Shown: in pieces, positions 15,351 to 32,147 of the stretch
How positions within the stretch are numbered: position 1 is the stretch's first letter
Layout: each line of letters starts with the position of its first letter
Assembly (NCBI RefSeq): GCF_009914755.1
Contig: NC_060928.1
Direction: 5' to 3' (one strand)
Source of the DNA: the human T2T-CHM13v2.0 reference genome, Homo sapiens
Length of the DNA: 64,000 nucleotides
Position numbers and translations under genes: made by a program
The notes under the pieces: generated by a model
Database searches by the model: none
What the model was told of the DNA's origin: nothing
The model's input: the letters and a program-made list of their open reading frames with translations, nothing else

Positions 15351-18300
15351 TCACGAATGCTTACTGTCAATCATTCCAGAATGTAAGTAGTTTCAACTTT
15401 TAATTAAAATTGTGTGCTCAGATTTTTCATGTAGGAGAACTAAGCAGCTATCTGTGAAGTTATTTGCATTAGTAAAAATAAGTCTGTAATATATTCACCA
15501 CATTGTCAAAATTGACTGCTTTATTTCGTTTTGGTTGATTATTTTTAATAAAGCTCTCTCAGGTAGTATTTTACAACATTATGTTCAACTAGGCTCTACT
15601 TCTTCGATCCCATGAAACTTGTAGTTTAAGAGGTATGTTTTTTTCTGAAATGTCTTGAGTGAAGAATAGAAAGTGATGACTCAAAACAGTAGGATATGAA
15701 CATTCATTCAGAGCCCCAATCTCATTGAACTCAGATGACAAAAGAAATTTGCATGGCCCAAATTATTTTTTCTTCTGCCCTTGACCTTGAGAGTCTCTGG
15801 AGACTAAAAGCTGTTCTAGTGTGAGCTGGCACTCCTCCAGCACTACACTAAACCAGCAAGCACCTTCAATTTATTGATTTATCCATCCTTGCTGGATTAA
15901 GTTTGAGTTGATGCTGTGCAGTCCTGTAATCCTGTTTATTCTTTAAAACTAGTTGGGGGACCTCTTCCGGCAGGACTGTGGCTCTTAATCAATATTGGAA
16001 AAATTAGTTGAGCTGTCTTAAGCTGTGAGCCTGCTGAGCTCAGTATCTGTAATAACCAACAGAGAATGTCCAGATGACTTGTTCTTTAGCTTTCTTATTA
16101 GGGACTGATTCAGAATTCCTAGTCTTAGTTCTGTTCCGTGTGTCTTCTCTCCTTCTGAGCGTTTGGTCTTCTCTCCTTCTGAGCATTTTGAAATATTTAT
16201 AAAGTTTTGATGACCTAAAGAGATATAACCAAGGACAGTAGAAAAAGTGCCTGACCAAGTCAGGATTCCTGAGTTCTACTGACTAGATTTGAGAAAAATT
16301 TCACCTCACTTCCCTGGCCTTGGCATCCTTTTCTCTAGGATGAGAAGTTGGCAGACCACCTAAGTTAGGTCTCTTCTGGTTTAAAAATATGTATGTACCC
16401 GTTAATTATCTGAGGGGTTATTGTTGGAGCATATGATGGCTTGGGCTGCCATTCCCTAGCCAGAACCCATCTTCCAGAAAATCGATGAGGCTGCACATGT
16501 CCAGATAACAATCACAGAATGGGGTGTATATCTCTGATGAAGTGCTTGCCAAGAGTCAAAGGCATTAAGAGCTACCTGTGTCTGCCTCTCTCATTCCAAA
16601 ATAAAATGTCATTTTGTTATTTCTACCTTTTATCCCTTCATAAACAATAAGCTGATTGTTTTTTGGCATATGAGAGAGTTTTGGTTATTTTGATAATGAT
16701 ACTTTCATTCCCTCATGAAGTTAACAGGGACATGTAAGAAAAATAAGATTGTAAAGAAATCAAGCCCATGAAGTTTGAGGTCCTCCTACCAAACCTATCT
16801 ACCGCATCTGTTTGGTTAGGTCAGTTCTTTGAAAGTGTTAAATAAACCAAAATACGTTTCTGAGAATTTTTAAGTAAAAATGAATTTCCATAAGAACCTA
16901 GATTATACTTAGTTGTTTTTTCCTGAAAAATAAATTTTATAATAATAGAAACTGTGGAACTTATTATGGTAAGAAGGAAATAAACTCATGAGTTACAAGG
17001 TATTTGCACATAGGAGTCGAAAATGATGCACACTAAAGTCATGCATGGTGATTGGACTTGGAAAGTTAATATTGAATTTCAGGGCTGCAAAACGTTCTTT
17101 ACCTGTGAAACCCCTGGATTCTTCAAGGCCCACTTCAAATAGCACCTATGAAGTCTCTTCCCACTTCTCTGGGCAGTTGGTCTCAAATGGTTAGTTGAGG
17201 GCATACTATGTCCTAGACATGGTCAAATGCCTATGGTCTCTTCCTTCAAAAAATGCACATTCTCCTGGGAGAGAGACAGTAAACATACAAACAAGATGGC
17301 TTCAGCTAAAGTGCTGTAAATGAAGTGGTGATGACATGGGGCAGGATGGCCATATTGGCCGGGGTGATGTGGAGGGCTTCCTAGAGGAACAGACATTGGA
17401 GCCGAGGCCTGAGGTCAAGTTTATAACTTTCCTCTGCTTACAGCATTTTTCTTTACTTCTATTATAACACTTAGCTTTGTAGTCTCATGATATATTGGAT
17501 CTGTTTTTGCACTCAACTGAGAGAAGCCTGAGGTCAGGGATCTTAAATACAGTAAATTCATTGATGAAATAACTCAGACAATGATTTTACCTCTAAGTCC
17601 CTTAGTTGTCTAGGGAAGTTTTGTATGAGTTAAGCTTTAATGGGATTCCTAGATATTTGTGAAAATATATGTTTTTGGAAAATTGGATTACATGTTAGAT
17701 AAACGTATAATTTTGGGTGAAATTCTGTGCTAACCATTTTGGAGGGAATGACTCTTCCATAATATCCCCTTCTATAAATCTGGTTGTCCCATCTCATTTC
17801 CTTAAAAACAAGGAAAATAAGATGTGCTATAATACAGCTGCATAAGAAGCTCTTTCCCGAGGTAAGAGGAAAATTTTCATTTAAAGAATAAATCCTAAAA
17901 GGTTGGGGAAGGAAAGGGGATATGTGAGAGAGCATTTATGAGATTAGAGTATGACACAGTGATACTCTGGAAGTTATAAGACAAGATTAATATCTAATGG
18001 GTTTTTAAACTATGGAAAAGGATATTTTTATGGTCCTGTAATATGAAATAAAGGAAACCAGATTCTCTTGGGCAGTGATCATCTAACTGCTTTCTTCATT
18101 GCTCGTGAGGCCGAGAGGAGTTGCTGCGGGGTGTGTACCGCCTGGCTAGGTCTTTTTTCTGTATCCCTTCCTGCCCATGCTACCACTGCATCTGTGTTTT
18201 TATGTCTTCTACTCGTAAAGTAAACCATTACCGTAAGGATTAGAGATGCTTTTCTTCTCTGCATTGCTACCATTTACTAGATGTTTTATGAGCAGTCATT

Positions 18301-18569
18301 GTGTGAGGTACTTTACATATTTCATCTAACCCTTGTAATACCTTCTGAAATATGGCTGCATTGTCATCCCCATTTTACAGATGGGGAAGCTGAGGCTCAG
18401 AGATGGTAGAGAAATTGCTGCATTGTACCAATGTAAGAGGTAGAGCTGGCACTTGAGCCCTTTCTCCCTGGCTTCTGAAACTCTGTGTTCTTAACTACTA
18501 CATTCTACTACTACATTCTACCACCTGAGAGGAAATGGAGTCCATTCTGTTTGTGGGGTCTTTGGGAGG

Positions 18570-18935
18570 TGTCTTGGTTCATTTTCTCTTGCTATAACAG
18601 AATACCACAGACTAGGTAAGTTATAAAGAAAATTTATTTTATTTTCTAGTTCTAGAAGCTAGAAAGTCCAAGGCACGGCACTGGCATCTGTTGAGGGTCA
18701 TCCCATGGTGGAAGGGTGGAAGGTGAAAGCAAACGTAGGATATATAGAGAGGAAATGGGGCTAAATTCCCTCCTTTTATAACTAACCCACTCCCACAATA
18801 ACAGCTTTAATCCATTCTTGAGGGTGGTGCCCTCATGATCTAATCACCTCTTCAAGGCCTCACTTGTTAATATTGTTACAATGGCAATTAAATTTCCAAC
18901 ACCTGAAGCTTGGGAGAGGTGTTCAACCCACAGCA
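18570..18935 (-). mobile_element. MaLR LTR (MSTD/MLT1A-like)
   Basis: TGTCTT..TTGCTATAACAGAATACCACAGACT..GCCCTCATGATCTAATCACCTC..CAACCCACAGCA. Confidence 0.75.
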
Positions 18936-18974
18936 GGAGGTGAATAAATCATAAAGGCAGAGACTTCATAGGCT

Positions 18975-19200
18975 GGATTAGTGCCCAAAGAGGCCCCAGA
19001 GAGCTTGTTTTGCCCCTTCTAGCATGTGAGGATGCAGTGAGAAGTCACCATGAGTGAACCAAGAGCCCTCACTACACACCATATCTGTTAGCACCTTGAT
19101 CTTTGATGTCCTCACCTCCAGAACTGTGAGAAATTGATTTCTGTTTATAAGTCACTCTGTTTTTTGTATTTTGTTATAGCAACTTGAACGGACTAATACA
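18975..19200 (+). mobile_element. MLT1A/B LTR 3' portion
   Basis: GGATTAGTGCCC..CATGTGAGGA..CACCTTGATCTT..CTCCAGAACTGTGAGAAAT..TTGTTATAGCA..GGACTAATACA. Confidence 0.75.
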
Positions 19201-19775
19201 GTCTTCTTTCGCCTCTAAAGTTCAGTGATCTTGGGAAATGCTTCTAGGGGTGGGAAAGAGAAATGATTTTGGCTCTATCTGGCTCCATGTCTTTCTTTGA
19301 AAGTTGGCTGGGTACTTGATCAGATGTAGTTACCCAGATTTAGATGGAGTTCTTAAAACACCTCAGTAACATACAGGAGGATCTTTTCCATAGACCATCC
19401 TCGTGAAAGGGAAAATTACAAACCCAACAGGGGGTGGGACCACAATTGTCTTGTTTATCCTTTTATCCCATGAAACAAATGCTTCTGGCACGTGGTGTTT
19501 TTTTAATTAATTTTACTTTTGTGCCCTATTTAAGATGTTTTAATAGTTGGGTATAGGTGGATGTAGATGCTTTAAAAAACCTTTATTTATTAAGATAGCC
19601 AGTTGGACAGTTAGCCAGATTTACAGAGGTAACATAAGTTCATGTTAAAGGCAAATATTCCTTGCCCCTTTGTGTTTCAATTTTTTAATATATTTTTCTT
19701 CAAGAAAAATGATGCAGTATATTTATGTCCCAAGAAGTTATCAATTTCACTAGTATCTGAGATTGAGATGTCTGA

Positions 19776-20118
<343 letters not shown>

Positions 20119-20757
20119 CACAACCAGATTCTTTCATATTTATTTCTCGTTATGTGTTTAAATCCCAGGATTATTCTAAGCCCGCTAATATTTTCAGTGT
20201 CTACAGGAGTTCTCTGCCATAGCTAAGGCTTAGTTGTGTTCATCTTTAGCATTCTCATTTTAAGCAATTGTTTTTGCTAATTTTTTCATGCTTAATTTTA
20301 ACACAATCTTAATTTTTTAATTTTGTGAGTCAGAAATAAAATCAAGAGCTTAAATGAATATTCTTTTATTCCTTAAAACATGTTATAATTCAATCCTAAT
20401 CCCCGGGATATTTTGTCCTATTTGCCGTGTTTTCAACAGCCTAAAGGAGAAGTCATTATATTGTAATTTGTCAGAAGCTTTTCCTTATAGACTAAAGGAA
20501 TGGTAAAATACCGGTTTGGTGAGGTCGCCCTAAGTACTTTTCATTACACTATAACATTTACTGACATTTCAAACTAAGTGACTAAAATAATCTGCAATTT
20601 TGACCTACTCTGTTACCTTTTGTTTATTTGTTATAGTTACTTGCAACCAAAATGCAAAATGTTCACAATAGATGTTTTAAAATATTTTCATTGATCTCTT
20701 CCTTCACTATATGTTTTTAAAACTTCAGATTACTTTGTTAACTTTTGAAATAGCAAT

Positions 20758-21379
20758 GTGAGGAGGCCAAGGAGGTTTGCTGAAAATCACTGAGATGAGA
20801 CAGATTAATAGAAGAAAAGGCACGCAAATTTATTTAACATGCATACACAGGAGCCATCCGAATTAAGACCCAAAGATACAGGGGAAGTTGTCCATTTTTA
20901 TGCCTAAATTCAACAAAGTATGGACAGCCCTGTAGAAATATGATTGGACAAAAGGGCATGATTTAATGTTAATAGACTGAGTTTGGACACCCAGCAAGGC
21001 CTGTCTGTCTAGATTCTTCTTGGCCTCTGTGAGCAACATTCCTTTCTTCTGGGTGTGGGGCAGGACCCTCTCTGGAATGGGGGTCTTGTGACCTACAGTC
21101 AAACCAGGTAGGTCAAATCATTTCTTTATAGCCAGTTTTTACATACAAAGTGAAGGGGAAATTAGAGTAATATTTTTAGATTTTATGGCTGGCTTTGGGG
21201 GAAAAGAGTTTGGGTTTCTATGACCTTCCTTGGAGAAGAGGGATTCTAGTTTTTATGGCTAGCTTTGGAGGTGAATGGGACTAGCAGCCAGGAGGGCGGC
21301 AGAAGATCAGAGAAAAACGTTTGCCTCTGAGGATGCTACTGGGCCTTCATTTTGGGGTATTGTTTTCTGAGCCCCAACA
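20758..21379 (-). mobile_element. ERV1 solo LTR (MER39/MER34 group)
   Basis: The minus-strand start reads TGTTGGGGCTCAGAAAACAATACCCCAAAATGAAGGCC, with TG...CA termini. Confidence 0.7.
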
Positions 21380-21784
21380 GATGCAGTTATTTCTCAAAGG
21401 CAGTCATTGAGAGTCTCTCCCCTGATGTCCTTGCTCATCATCTTGGTCTCTTTACTTAATAGTATTTTGCCTTATCTGCTGAAGAATCAAGAAAAAAGGC
21501 GTTCTAGAAACTTATTACTGGTTATATTGTTGTTCATTAAGCCTGTGTGGGAGAACTTGAGAAATAGTACAGTGTAAACTTGTCTCTTATTAGTTTAGTG
21601 ATCAAAGCCAGTTTCTGGAAGTTTCTACCTAAATTTTACAATGTATTTAAACATTTAGCAGAGTCCTAGCATGCAGTGGCTGCTTGATAAATGGTGGTGG
21701 TCCTCAGCTTTTTTTTTTTCGTATATATATCTTTTTTTTTCTGCTTATATATGACAGCCTTCAGATTTTTTTCTTTTTTCTTTT

Positions 21785-21910
21785 TAAATTCTTTTTACAT
21801 TTTATAACTAGAGACAGAGTCTTTGTTGCCCAGGCTGGCCTCCTGGCCTCTAGCAGTCCTCTCGCCTCAGTCTCCGGTTAGCTGGGATTACAGGTGAAAG
21901 CCATTACACC
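21785..21910 (-). mobile_element. Alu monomer/fragment (FLAM-like)
   Basis: GAGACAGAGTC..GTTGCCCAGGCTGG..GCTGGGATTACAGG preceded by a T-rich tail. Confidence 0.75.
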
Positions 21911-21951
21911 CTTCAGATGTTTTGAGATGATGGTCATGCTTTCCTCTACTA

Positions 21952-22455
21952 CTGATTGAGTGTCCCTCATCTGAAAATCCAAAATGCTTGAAAATCTGAA
22001 ACTTTTTGAGTACTAATGTGATACCACAAATGGAAAATTCCATACTTAACCTCATGTGACAGGTTGCAGTCAAAATGCAGGTGCACAACCTGTAGTTTAT
22101 TCAGCCTCCCCAAGGGGAAAAAAAGATCATTCCAGCCCCTTTCAGCTCTGATAAATATTTTCTGTGCATGCCCAGTTCCCCCACGAAAGCACACTCACAA
22201 GGAGTAATAAAATGGCACATGCGTAGGCCGGCTGCACCAATGGCAGGTTCTCCACAATGCTCTACGTGGGGTTAAGACCTATGTACATTACTCACTGTTT
22301 TGCTTTGTTGCTTATTCTCCGTTCTGTGGTGTAAAGATACTGTTGAAAACATCAATAATACTTGCATGATACTCATAGGGTAATGCAGATATTCCAAAAT
22401 CTGAAATCTGAAACCTTTCTGGTCCAAGCATTTTGGATAAGGAATACCCAACCTG
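21952..22455. mobile_element. Tigger4/Zombi (TcMar) non-autonomous element
   Basis: Terminal inverted repeats (CTGATTGAGTGTCCCT...GGAATACCCAACCTG) flanked by TA. Confidence 0.75.
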
Positions 22456-23436
22456 TATTTCCCCTTCTCTCTCTTCCTCTAAACATCATCACCTCTTTTT
22501 TGGATAAACATCTGGTTTCTGAATTCTTTATCACTTGCACTGAAACTTTTGAGTTACCATCATTATCAATCACTTGCTTAAAACTGAGGGCTAAGCTTTC
22601 CTCTTACTCACAGCAAGATTAACATAAAGGCACAGTGGAGAAAGGAATGAGAGATTAAGGAGGAGAGTGTTCAGCAAAGATCTTCAGAAGCTGAGGAAAC
22701 TTTTGAGGAAAGTTTTGCCTCTATTTAAATGCACCAGTTGAAGGACTGACCCTATATGTACTATGCCCTGTTTATTTACAAATATTAGGTGGCCACGTTT
22801 CAATGTGAAGGTTTCTCTGTCTCAGTATCCTTAAGGTTGCATTGTTTCTCAAACTTTAACAATGGTAGCCATTTAAGATTAAAAACAATATAAAAATCCA
22901 GCATCCAAATTGCAGAAGCCAAGTATTGCCTTAATTACTTCAATTACATTAGTTACATTGTCACTTAAATGTTTGTAAATATAAAATTAGGTATGCTTAT
23001 GTATATAGGTTTTACATAGTGATACAACCCAAACACACTGACAGTGTAAATACCAACAAAAGTGCATTACCAGTAAAAATGCAAAATAGCAATATAAAGC
23101 TAGAGATACTCTGCTCAAACTAAATTGGTGTTCCCAGTGTGACCGTGGCACTGAGTGCTGAGTTAGGTATGCTGTATGTCAGAATGCCGTGTAATGAGTC
23201 AGTTTTGCACAGCTAATGAGTATTCCTGTAGAGCAAAATTTTGTCCTCTCGCCTTAACTTGCTGTGAACATGTCTTTTATACGTATGAAGTCCACTTCCC
23301 TTTTTCCTTGTTGATTCCTGGCATAGTTAGAGTAGTTGAAGCCAAAAGACTGTTAACTTAGAAGTAGTTGTTCAGATGTTCCAGAATAGGATTACATAAA
23401 CATTTAAAGTTTTATCATCAAAATAAACGCCCTATG

Positions 23437-23763
23437 GGCTGGGCACGGTGGCTCATGCCTGTAATCCCAGCACTTTGGGAGGCCGAGGCAGGCGGATCAC
23501 CTGAGGTTGGGAGTTTGAGACCAGCCTGACCAACATGGAGAAACCCCGTCTCTACTAAAAATACAAAAATTAGCTGAGCGTGGTGGCGCACGACTGTAAT
23601 CCCAGCTACTCGGGAGGCTGAGGCAGGAGAATCTCTTGAACCTGGGAGGCAGAGGTTGTGGTGATCCAAGATCGCGCCATTACACTCCACTCCAGCCTGG
23701 GCAACAAGATCAAAACTCCATCTCAAAATAATGATAAAAACAAAACAAAACAAAACAAAAAAA
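23437..23763 (+). mobile_element. AluSp (first copy)
   Basis: Sp diagnostics CCAGCCTGACCAACATGGAGAAACCCCG and a (CAAAA)n tail. Confidence 0.9.
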
Positions 23764-24062
23764 CGCACAATGAAAATTCCCATAGTGAGCTCCTGTAGAT
23801 TTTGGGAGGCCGAGGCAGGCGGATCACCTGAGGTTGGGAGTTTGAGACCAGCCTGACCAACATGGAGAAACCCCGTCTCTACTAAAAATACAAAAATTAG
23901 CTGAGCGTGGTGGCGCACGACTGTAATCCCAGCTACTCGGGAGGCTGAGGCAGGAGAATCTCTTGAACCTGGGAGGCAGAGGTTGTGGTGATCCAAGATC
24001 GCGCCATTACACTCCACTCCAGCCTGGGCAACAAGATCAAAACTCCATCTCAAAATAATGAT

Positions 24063-24093
<31 letters not shown>

Positions 24094-24139
24094 AACGCAC
24101 AATGAAAATTCCCATAGTGAGCTCCTGTAGATTTTGGGA
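23474..24139 (+). repeat. Tandem duplication, two copies (327 and 332 bp) of most of an AluSp plus its 3' flank
   Basis: 23474-23800 and 23801-24132 are identical apart from one extra CAAAA unit. TTTGGGA occurs at 23474, 23801 and 24133. Confidence 0.95.
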
Positions 24140-25412
24140 TATTCTTGGCCCCATGTATGAGGAGCAAAAAAACCAGATCACAGATCTGATCTGCTGGTTC
24201 CATCCTACCCAGGAGATTAGATACGATTTCTTCCTCAGTGGGTAAGCTACAAAGCTTTTTGGTTACTGGGTGGGTTTTCGTTTTTACATTTAGCTAATTT
24301 ATTTGGCCTTAAGTTAAACTCCTCCCAGATTTCAATGCTAAAACATGGATTTGTGGACATACCTATTTCTTCATAGATATTCGTAGGGTCAAAGCAGATT
24401 TTGTACCCCCTTCTCGGTAGAAGGTATCACAGACCATACAACTGGATGTGACTTTAGGAGATGATTTGGTTCAGTCACTTGCCTGCAGGTGTATTGAAAA
24501 AGTAATGGTCTTTGAGGTGATCTTATTTTGTGTCCCCAGCCCCGCTCTGCAGAAATAGGTGTTGTATTCATTGAGCAAATATGTAAGTAATGGTTCAGAG
24601 ACAAGGCAAATGAGTATGGAGTGGGAACAGCATCTGGGCCAGAGCAGTGCACTTTGTGTTAGTCTGCCAATTCCTTTAAGTTTACATTCTGTGCGGTTTG
24701 GCCAGGAAACTCAATTAAGTTGTTTGCCATGACGGAATAATAAATCAGTCTTACTTTTTCTTACTCTGTATTTTTTCTTAGCTAGCTGGATGTGGGAACT
24801 CATCTGTGATGTATTTAAAATGGACCTTAAAATTATAATCCACCCGGTCTCACACAAACGCTGCGCTTGATGAAGGGTATCGAATCATCTTGTAGAGGCA
24901 AATATGCTCGAATATCTTTTCCTTGGTTACATTCTTTTGGAAGCAATGTTTTTCTTAATTTCCGAAGTTAGGAAAAATTCTAGGTTCCTAAGATTTTACT
25001 GATGTTAGACCTGAAGTGTCTTTCCTTTTCTTTCCTTTTTGTCTTCCTTTTTCTGTGTTACCATATTTAAGTATGTGTGTGTGTATCCTTTTCTCTAAGT
25101 TTGAAGAGTCCTTGCACTTTAGATTTGTAAATAAGTTTTCCTTTTTATCATTAAGTTCAGTGCTTGCTTCTACTCCTAGAGTTAGGCGTAGTCTCAGTGT
25201 CCAAATTTTATACAACTCAATATCTGCCACAAATGTCAAGACAGTTTGTAATTACAAACTAGTTAGTTGTGTTAGGCAGTTACTGGACATACTATAACAG
25301 AGGTGTATGAGAGACTTTATAGTAACTGATAGAAAAGTAGCCTAAAACTGCTATTGTTAAAATTTCCACCTACGTAAGATTCCATGTAGTTCTTTGTCCT
25401 AAAAGGAACATT

Positions 25413-25413
<1 letters not shown>

Positions 25414-25447
<34 letters not shown>
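25414..25447. repeat. (TG)n microsatellite at the tail of an antisense L1MA
   Basis: Uninterrupted TG run. Confidence 0.95.
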
Positions 25448-27965
<2,518 letters not shown>

Positions 27966-28739
27966 CAGTGGAGATTTTAAATGTAGAGAGATTACTGTGC
28001 TTCAACTGTTTAAAAAAGAGTATGTAAATACATATTCCATTGATTAAAAGGCATATCACATTCATTAGACTACAAAGTGCGCTTGGACTCTTGGTGTTTT
28101 AATGGTCTGAAATGGAAAAGATACTGGTAGGTACTTGGTGTCTTCATCTCCTGCTAGTGCCCGTAGATGCCTTCAGTTGACTTTTGATGGACTGACATGA
28201 CCTACGAGTGTCTCAGACCATGCATGAGGCCCTTCAGGAGCCTGACCCTGAGCCTCCCAAAGTCATTCTAAGTAAACTGTAACACTATGTGCTTATTTTG
28301 CCTGGATGCAATGCAAATGCAAACCATGAAATGTGTAAGTCTGTTTTGGAAATACGCATTTTCTTCATTACTTTGACAAACATGTTTTAAGTGCCTGTTG
28401 TATTCCAGGTCCTGTACTAGGTGTTGGTAATATGAAGAAGGTACAGTCAGTTTTTTGAGGGAGCTTCTAGTCTAGACAGTGGCTTGTAACCAGGGACTGT
28501 TTTCAGAGTCATTTGTGAAATCAAAACACCTTACCCACATGTTCAGTTCACTCTCACTTTCCAGTGATTGGCTTAGTTGAACTGGGGTGAGGCTTGGGTG
28601 TCTGTACTTATGCAACAAAATCACCTGATTTTTAAAGAAGTTCTCCACTAAGAACCACTAGCAGAAACAAATAAATTGTAATTATGAGAAATTAATATAT
28701 TGTAAGCTCAGTACAAAAAGAGTGAGGAGTGACATAATT

Positions 28740-29430
28740 TTTATTTTTCAACTATAATATACCTATAGAAAGTTCATAAAACACACGCAGCCAGAATTAT
28801 GAAGTGAACCTCTTTGTGACTACTAGTCATGTCAAGAAATAGAATATTGCCAGCATCTGAGAAGCTCTCCCTGTGTCCCTTCCCATTTACAAGTCTTCTC
28901 TCTCCCATGGCAACAACAGCCTGGCTCTTGCTTTTCTTCATGATTTTACCGCCTATGAAGGCATCCCTAATCGATATAGTTTACTTTTTCCATTTCAAAC
29001 TCTGTATGAATTAAATCATAGCACACATATTCTTTTGTCATCTTTTGCTCACCATTGTTTATAAAACTCATCCAAGTTGTTGCATATAGCTCTCATTTGT
29101 TCATTTTCATTAGTATGTAGTAGTTCATTAGTGACCTCACCACAATCTGTGTACCCTTTCTCTTGTTGGACATGTGGGCCGACTCTGATCTTTGGCTGTT
29201 GAGCAATGCTCCTATGAACATGTGTGTGTATATAGAGTGTCTATGTGAATGAGTTTCTCCAGGCTGTTTTCCTAGAGTGTATTTCTGGGTCATTGGATGT
29301 GTGTTGTTAACTTAGCACTAGATAATGCCAACCTAAGTGATTGAACCAATCAGTTTTTCCTAAGTGATTTAACCAATTTAAAAGCTTTTCAGTGTATGAA
29401 GGTTCCTATTGCTTTACTAAACTCTTTGCC
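28740..29430 (-). mobile_element. Old L1ME-like 3' fragment
   Basis: GTCAAGAAATAGAATATTGCCAGCA, CATCCAAGTTGTTGCATATAGC and other L1M antisense motifs. Confidence 0.6.
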
Positions 29431-29439
29431 AGAGGTGCT

Positions 29440-30780
29440 TAATCTTGAAGGGTCAGTGGAAGAGAGACAAGGAGAGAGGAGGAAGGTTATTTCCGGCGTA
29501 TAAGAAGGAATGAGAATAAAGAGGGTATGAGAAGTTTGAAAGGAAATTGCAAGCATGCTGATATGACACTAATGTAGGAACCTGCAGGGAAGTGGTGGGA
29601 AATGAGGCTGGAAGTGTGTGATGTGCTGAAGAGTTTGGCCTTTGTTCTAAGGGCAGTAGAGAGACAAGAAAATCAAATATACATTTTTTAAAAACTTGTG
29701 ACAGCTGTGTGGAGGGTGAGGCCCAGACATGGGGCTCTTTACTACTCTAATCCGGGAAGAAACGAGAGAAGGCAGGGTAGAAGGAGTTGGTTTCCAGAGG
29801 GGTTTAGACCAAAGTCAACCGTTCTGCCAATTTTGTTGAATGTGGGGGAAGGGCAGTGAAGAAGGAAGCTTGGTTTTTGCTTAGATGACTGAACAGTGGT
29901 TATTCCGTTCAATACTTTGGGGACTTTAGGAAGAGGAGAGTGTGAGATCAGGGTGGCAGTAATGGAGAGTGAAATTCGTTTTAGATATGTAGCATGTGAG
30001 ATATTCATAGATATCTAGAGAGGGATATTCTGTTAGTGGGTTGAACTCGAGAAAGATCTAGGCCAGAAATGTCATCGATGTTTGATTCCTCAGAGTGTAG
30101 ATGGTGGTTGAAGCCATGGATAAAGATGCAGCTGCCCAGAGAAAGTCTAAGGAGGATGAGGGATGCCTGGGTGGGTGTGGAAAGAGGATCCTGAAAAGCA
30201 GACTGAGAAGGAGCAACCTAAGAAATGTGAGGTAAAGGTAAGGGAGATCATAGATGCTAGGGAAAAAAGGATTTGCATGAAGAGGATTAGGACTGGTGTC
30301 CAGTGCCCTCAGAAGACACTGAAGACACTGAGTGAAATTAGACAGAAAATGTGCTTTGCATTTGGCAGTTAGGTAAGAAGTACTTGGGAACTGGGGCGAG
30401 CCACATTTCAGCTAGCAGAGCCCAGGGAGCACAAGTGATGCTCCAGTGGCTTAAAAGCAAAGAGTGGGCGATGAAGTGGAAAAACAGATGAGGACTGGCA
30501 GTGAATGGAAGCCAAAAGCACATTAGGTAGAGTAGAGTGAATGGGGTGGGGCTGGGCGGTTCATGTGTTTAAGGTGGGACACACTTGTGTATAATCCTAT
30601 AAAGAGGGCTGGAGAGGAGAGAAAGAATGGCTCTGAAACCTCAGCATGGGAGGAGAGAAGGACCCACGTCCTGTTAGAGGGATTTAACTTTGAATAGGAG
30701 GAGAGCACTCTGTCACTGAAAGGAAAAGGACGTGCGAAAAATGGGCACAGATGGAAATAAATGTGTAAGAATGAAGGTTT
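29440..30780 (+). mobile_element. L2 LINE remnant
   Basis: Purine-rich L2 motifs (GAGTTTGGCCTTTGTTCTAAGGGCAGT, GTGGTTGAAGCCATGG, AGACTGAGAAGGAGC). Confidence 0.6.
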
Positions 30781-30811
30781 GCAGAGAGTGAGAAATTGGA
30801 AATTTCTAGCC

Positions 30812-31101
30812 TTTTTTTTTTTTTTTTTGAGACAGAGTCCCGCCCACTCTGTCACCCAGGCTGGAGTGCTGTGGTGCTGCAACCTCCGCCTTCTGGGTTC
30901 AAGCGATTCTAGTGTTTCAGCCTCCGGGTAGCTGGGATTACAGGCATGCACCACCACTTGTGGCTAATTTTTGTATTTTTTAGTAGAGACAGGGTTTTAC
31001 CATGTTGGTGAGGCTGGCCTGGAACTCCTGGCCTGAAATGATCTGCCCACCTTGGCCTCCCAAAATGCTGGGATTACAGGCATGAGCTACCGTGCCTGGC
31101 T
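30812..31101 (-). mobile_element. AluS
   Basis: Antisense dimeric Alu with poly-T. Confidence 0.92.
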
Positions 31102-31559
31102 GGAATTACCTAGCTTTTAATGACCTCTTTCTTCTTGAATAAGAGGCAGTTCATTTGGTTGAGTAAGGATGAAAGTTAACGGCCTTCTAAACATATACCC
31201 AACCAAGTTGTATTACATAATTGTAAACACTGAGTCAACCTGCTATATATGCAGTAATGCAAAGTGTCTTTGAATGGACATCAAAGGTAAAAAGCCATAG
31301 CTGTGCCTCTGGAAAGAGTCTTATAGGATATTGAAGGAATGCTTTCTGTTCCATTACCATGCCTGAAAACAGTTAAGTTTTATAACCACCTTATGCTTCT
31401 GTTTTTCCTCTTTCTATACAGAAACCAAAACCCTCTTTGTATATAGTACTCATATGATCGGGATTTGCAAAATGATTTCCCCTAAATTTTTTACAGTTTT
31501 ATGGCCAAAGAACTTGAAAGAGAGAGAAGGCAGGGAAAGGAGAATGAATATGGATATAT

Positions 31560-32100
31560 GTATCTAAATTCCCTTTAGCCAAAGACCACTGGGCACACAC
31601 ATGTAGTTGAACAAGTTGGGTTTATTACTTGTTCCAATGAAGAAGAACACACCTTATAAGATACCATGTGGTGTCTTAGTAAGAGGGTGTTAGAACCTAT
31701 CATAGCATTTGGGCTCTGGCTGAGTAATATTAGGAAGGATCTAAGGAAACGGGGGCTCACTCTGTCTTGGGTGCTGTCAGAAGGCAGGACAATCCTATGA
31801 TTGGATACCTCTATAAATCTTAGTTATAGGGAGGGCAGACTAGATTGAGGAAAAAACTACGGTGGTAAAGAAATGGCAGTCACTCACTTAGTGCAAGAGG
31901 GGGATGTTTGGTATTGTGGATTGCACAGTGACCTTGTTTTTGTGTCACTTTATCATAAAGTCTTAGAGTGACTTCGTATGATATAGTCTGTGAGATTATG
32001 TCTAACAGAAGAACAAAATGGCTTGACTCTGAGTGACAGACCAGCTTGTAATAACATTGAAGTCTAGCTATGAGTCAGCCCAGTTCTGGGACTGCTTTAT
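31560..32100 (-). mobile_element. LTR remnant (ERV class, family uncertain)
   Basis: GTTGAACAAGTTGGGTTTATTAC.. and ACAGTGACCTTGTTTTTGT resemble an antisense LTR with a reversed AATAAA. Confidence 0.45.
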
Positions 32101-32147
32101 CTACTTATGAAAAAAATACATATGCGTGGTCCTAGTTGAACTCTAAT

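Noticed and set aside
16142-16184. Short direct repeat GTCTTCTCTCCTTCTGAGC x2 (similar small repeats at 29332-29377 and 33466-33498)
   Set aside because: These are ordinary two-copy slippage duplications with no repeat-spacer architecture.
23418-24203. 261-aa ORF with an internal repeat
   Set aside because: It is an antisense translation of the duplicated AluSp, not a gene.
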